Part shown: positions 26,960-29,430 of the stretch, one piece after another
Layout of the letters: each line of letters starts with the position of its first letter
How positions within the stretch are numbered: position 1 is the first letter of the stretch
Assembly (NCBI GenBank): GCA_041568895.1
Contig: JBFFYZ010000001.1
Coordinates: 1-29,430 of the forward strand
Direction of reading: 5' to 3'
Length of the DNA: 29,430 nucleotides
Origin: Nitrospiraceae bacterium
Lineage (GTDB): Bacteria; Nitrospirota; Nitrospiria; Nitrospirales; Nitrospiraceae
Position numbers and translations under genes: made by a program
Notes under the pieces: model-generated
The model's database searches: none
The model's input: the letters and a program-made list of their open reading frames with translations, nothing else
Told to the model about the DNA's origin: nothing

Positions 26960-28844
26960 TTTGGTGCCAGAGCTCCAGCACCAACAGGGCATACAGCTGG
27001 TCGGCAAAATTTCGTCGGCCATCCTCGTGTTCCCTGATCAGCCACTGCACATACTCGGGCCGGACATAGCCGCGGCGCCGGATCGTATCTTCCGAGAGCA
27101 AATCATGGACCATCTCCCGAAGATCCTCCCGCAGCCAGCGTGCCACCGGCACCTGAAAACCAAACTTCGATCGGCCCAGAATCGTCTGCGGGAGCAGCGC
27201 CTTGAGGGCCCGCCGCATGAAGCCTTTCAACTTCCAGCCTTGGAATCGGACTCGGGCTGGCACCGCCAGGGCCAGGGCCAACAGCTCATGGTCACAAAAC
27301 GGCACGCGTAGCTCCAGCGAATGCGCCATGCTCAACCGGTCCCCCATCCGGAGGAGATCATCGGGAAGGTAGGTCTGAAGGTCCAGCCCCATGGCCCGGT
27401 CGGAGGGGTCCTCGGAAGGCCAGATCTGAAACAGGTCGGGATAGGTACGATCCAACATCGCGTTTTGGGCGTAGGGGTACAATCCAGGCGTGAAGATCTC
27501 CCCCTCCCGCTCCGGTGGCAAAAAGGTCATCCACCTTGTGTATTGCTCCGCCAGAGACCGGTGACCGTCCCGAAGGAACCGTCTCAGCCGGCCGGCATAG
27601 TTTTGACTCCCGGCGCCTTCCGAGAGCCAGGGGGACAGGGTCGCAGCCGTCCAGGCGCGCAGCCCACGAGGCACCACCGCGTACCGGGCGGCCGTGCGGA
27701 TGCCGAGGTACCGGGGGTACCCTCCGAATAATTCATCCCCTCCGATTCCCGAGAGCGCCACCGTCACCGACCGCCTGGCGACTTGTGACACCAGATAGGT
27801 CGGGATCGCGGAGGAATCCGCGAAGGGTTCTCCCATCGCGGCCACGATACGCGGCAACAGCGTCACGGCATCCGGTCGAAGCCGTTCTTCCGTGTGCACG
27901 GTGCCGAAATGATCGGCGAGCAGACGGGCCGCTGCCAACTCGTTGTAAGACTCGTCCGCCTGGGCTTCGTACCCGATCGAGAAGCTCTTGATGGGCTGAT
28001 CCGACAGGGTCCGCATCATGGCCAGGATCGCGCCGGAGTCCAAGCCTCCCGACAGAAACAAGCCCAACGGGACGTCACTCACCAAATGGTGGCGGACCGT
28101 GTCTTTCAGGGATTCCAGGAACCGTTCAGCCAGGTCCTGAACCCTGACCTCCGGCTGCTCCCGCCACGCCTTGTCCAGCCGAAAGTACCGCCTGGTTTCC
28201 AGGCGGCCTTGCCGGATCTGCACCCATTCGCCGGCCCGGACTTCCTGGATTCCCTGAAAGATCGTGCCGGTCCCCGGCACGTACAGCCTGGTCAGATACT
28301 GGGCGATGGCTTCCGGACGAAGACTGGGTGGGGACATGCCGGCGACGAGCGCCGGCAGCTCGGAGGCAAACATCAGGGCCCCGGTTCCAGAGTTCCCGCC
28401 GGACGACAGGGCATAGTACAGCGGCTTGATTCCCAAGCGGTCGCGGAACAGAAACAGCGTGTCCCGTGCTCGATCCCAGAGCGCATAGGCGAACATGCCG
28501 CGCAACCGATGAACGCCTTCTTCTCCCTCCTGCTCATACAAGTGGACCAGGACTTCGGTGTCGCAGTGGGTCGTGAAGCGGTGGCCTTTGCTGATGAGCT
28601 CTGCCCGGAGTTCACGGTAGTTGTAAATTTCCCCGTTGAGGGCGACCCAGACCGTCCCTGTTTCGTTGGTCATGGGTTGGTGGCCACCCTCCGGATCGAT
28701 GACCTGCAGCCGACGGACTCCCAGCATGACCCCGGGCTCGAGATGCCGTCCCTCCTCATCGGGACCTCGCGGAACCAGCCGGCGCAACATGCGCTCCAGG
28801 ATTTTTTCGTCCCCTTCCCCGACCATCCCGCAAATTCCGCACAT
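26946..28844 (-). CDS. asnB: Asparagine synthase (glutamine-hydrolysing)-like amidotransferase, probably sugar-modifying
   Basis: N-terminal MCGICG (catalytic Cys2), RGPD, NGEIYNY, RDRLGIKPLYY, LSGGLDS, SGIGGDELFGGY. Confidence 0.93.
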   Translation of the reverse strand: MCGICGMVGEGDEKILERMLRRLVPRGPDEEGRHLEPGVMLGVRRLQVIDPEGGHQPMTNETGTVWVALNGEIYNYRELRAELISKGHRFTTHCDTEVLVHLYEQEGEEGVHRLRGMFAYALWDRARDTLFLFRDRLGIKPLYYALSSGGNSGTGALMFASELPALVAGMSPPSLRPEAIAQYLTRLYVPGTGTIFQGIQEVRAGEWVQIRQGRLETRRYFRLDKAWREQPEVRVQDLAERFLESLKDTVRHHLVSDVPLGLFLSGGLDSGAILAMMRTLSDQPIKSFSIGYEAQADESYNELAAARLLADHFGTVHTEERLRPDAVTLLPRIVAAMGEPFADSSAIPTYLVSQVARRSVTVALSGIGGDELFGGYPRYLGIRTAARYAVVPRGLRAWTAATLSPWLSEGAGSQNYAGRLRRFLRDGHRSLAEQYTRWMTFLPPEREGEIFTPGLYPYAQNAMLDRTYPDLFQIWPSEDPSDRAMGLDLQTYLPDDLLRMGDRLSMAHSLELRVPFCDHELLALALAVPARVRFQGWKLKGFMRRALKALLPQTILGRSKFGFQVPVARWLREDLREMVHDLLSEDTIRRRGYVRPEYVQWLIREHEDGRRNFADQLYALLVLELWHQTRES

Positions 28845-28907
28845 GGGTTGCCTACGCTTGTCTCACCGTTTCAGGCTTATCGGGCTTCAGGAGTCTCTTG
28901 CTGGCGC

Positions 28908-29120
28908 CTACTTGGTCTTTCCGGGTTGCTGGAGTTTTTCGGGGGGCACATCCACCCCCTCGGTGTAGTTGGTCGATTTCGCCACCCCCACGGCTTGCAG
29001 GAGGTACTTAATGCCCATGGCGGCTCCAGCAGCCACGAGACAGAGCAACAGGGTCAGCACCCAAAACTGGATGCGTGGCCACCACGATTTGTGGTAGTGC
29101 AAAAACGATCCTTGAGGCAC
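28908..29120 (-). CDS. Small single-TM hypothetical protein (70 aa)
   Basis: GTG start 8 nt after SD AAGGAG; TM segment FWVLTLLLCLVAAGAAMGI; shares a motif with the upstream partial ORF. Confidence 0.7.
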   Translation of the reverse strand: MPQGSFLHYHKSWWPRIQFWVLTLLLCLVAAGAAMGIKYLLQAVGVAKSTNYTEGVDVPPEKLQQPGKTK

Positions 29121-29278
29121 CTTCGTGACTCCTTACCCATTTGGTCCCTGCAGGGTCAGTATCGGGACAGCTTAATCGCTCTCCTTGGTTGCCTTGAGGG
29201 GACCGTCTTACTCCTCCGTTTCGACCGACTCCAAACTGCGACCCAACTGCGGACCACGTCATGTTTAGAATCGACCGA

Positions 29279-29430
29279 TTATTCCTGAGGCTTGGTCCGT
29301 TTCTCCTCCCTTTGAATGAAATTCTCTGTCGAAATACGTTTATCTTTTTTTACGCTCGGCGCACCGGCCATCCCGACCGCGTCGAACAGATATTTCACCC
29401 CTAATGTGGCAACCGCGATACCGAGAGAAC
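29279..29430 (-). CDS. Partial small membrane protein (C-terminal part), paralogue of 28908-29120
   Basis: Manual translation: ..SLGIAVATLGVKYLFDAVGMAGAPSVKKDKRISTENFIQREEKRTKPQE* (TAA 29281-29279). Confidence 0.65.
   Translation of the reverse strand, partial: SLGIAVATLGVKYLFDAVGMAGAPSVKKDKRISTENFIQREEKRTKPQE

Noticed and set aside
27894-29288. 464-aa plus-strand ORF, and similar long antisense ORFs (9229-10389, 12116-13306, 13873-14991, 17536-18576, 22973-24274, 25600-26640)
   Set aside because: They lie opposite well-supported genes, show no recognisable motifs, and are expected shadow ORFs in high-GC DNA
1-29430. CRISPR array or IS element
   Set aside because: No regularly spaced 25-45 bp repeats, cas genes, transposase motifs or terminal inverted repeats with target duplications seen

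Overview
GC-rich bacterial chromosomal window. Gene content and order suggest Nitrospirota (inference, unverified). It has three parts. (i) 1-6.5 kb, accessory region: a secreted stand-alone Lon-type Ser-Lys peptidase, an EVE-like protein, a basic/acidic bipartite histone-like protein, an Ig/PKD-domain exported protein, and a three-gene cluster of cupredoxin, heme-oxygenase-like diiron enzyme and a methyltransferase with an N-terminal PqqD/RRE-like domain. (ii) 6.5-18.9 kb, mostly housekeeping: Ppx/GppA, recG, rpmB, FKBP PPIase, tRNA-Gly(CCC), tyrS, ComEA-like, lpdA, gcvH, TPR/PgaB-like lipoprotein, ndk, mtnA. (iii) 18.9-29.4 kb, minus-strand surface-polysaccharide locus: WecA-like transferase, DegT aminotransferase, PIG-L deacetylase, WbqC, a degenerate PHP-like membrane protein, two GT4s, an AsnB-like amidotransferase, and two tandem paralogous small membrane proteins. 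Best candidate for an undescribed system is the cupredoxin/HDO/RRE-methyltransferase cluster. TGA-containing heptamer tandem repeats recur at gene junctions. No CRISPR array, integrase or transposase was seen. All family calls come from motif recognition by eye, not database searches.
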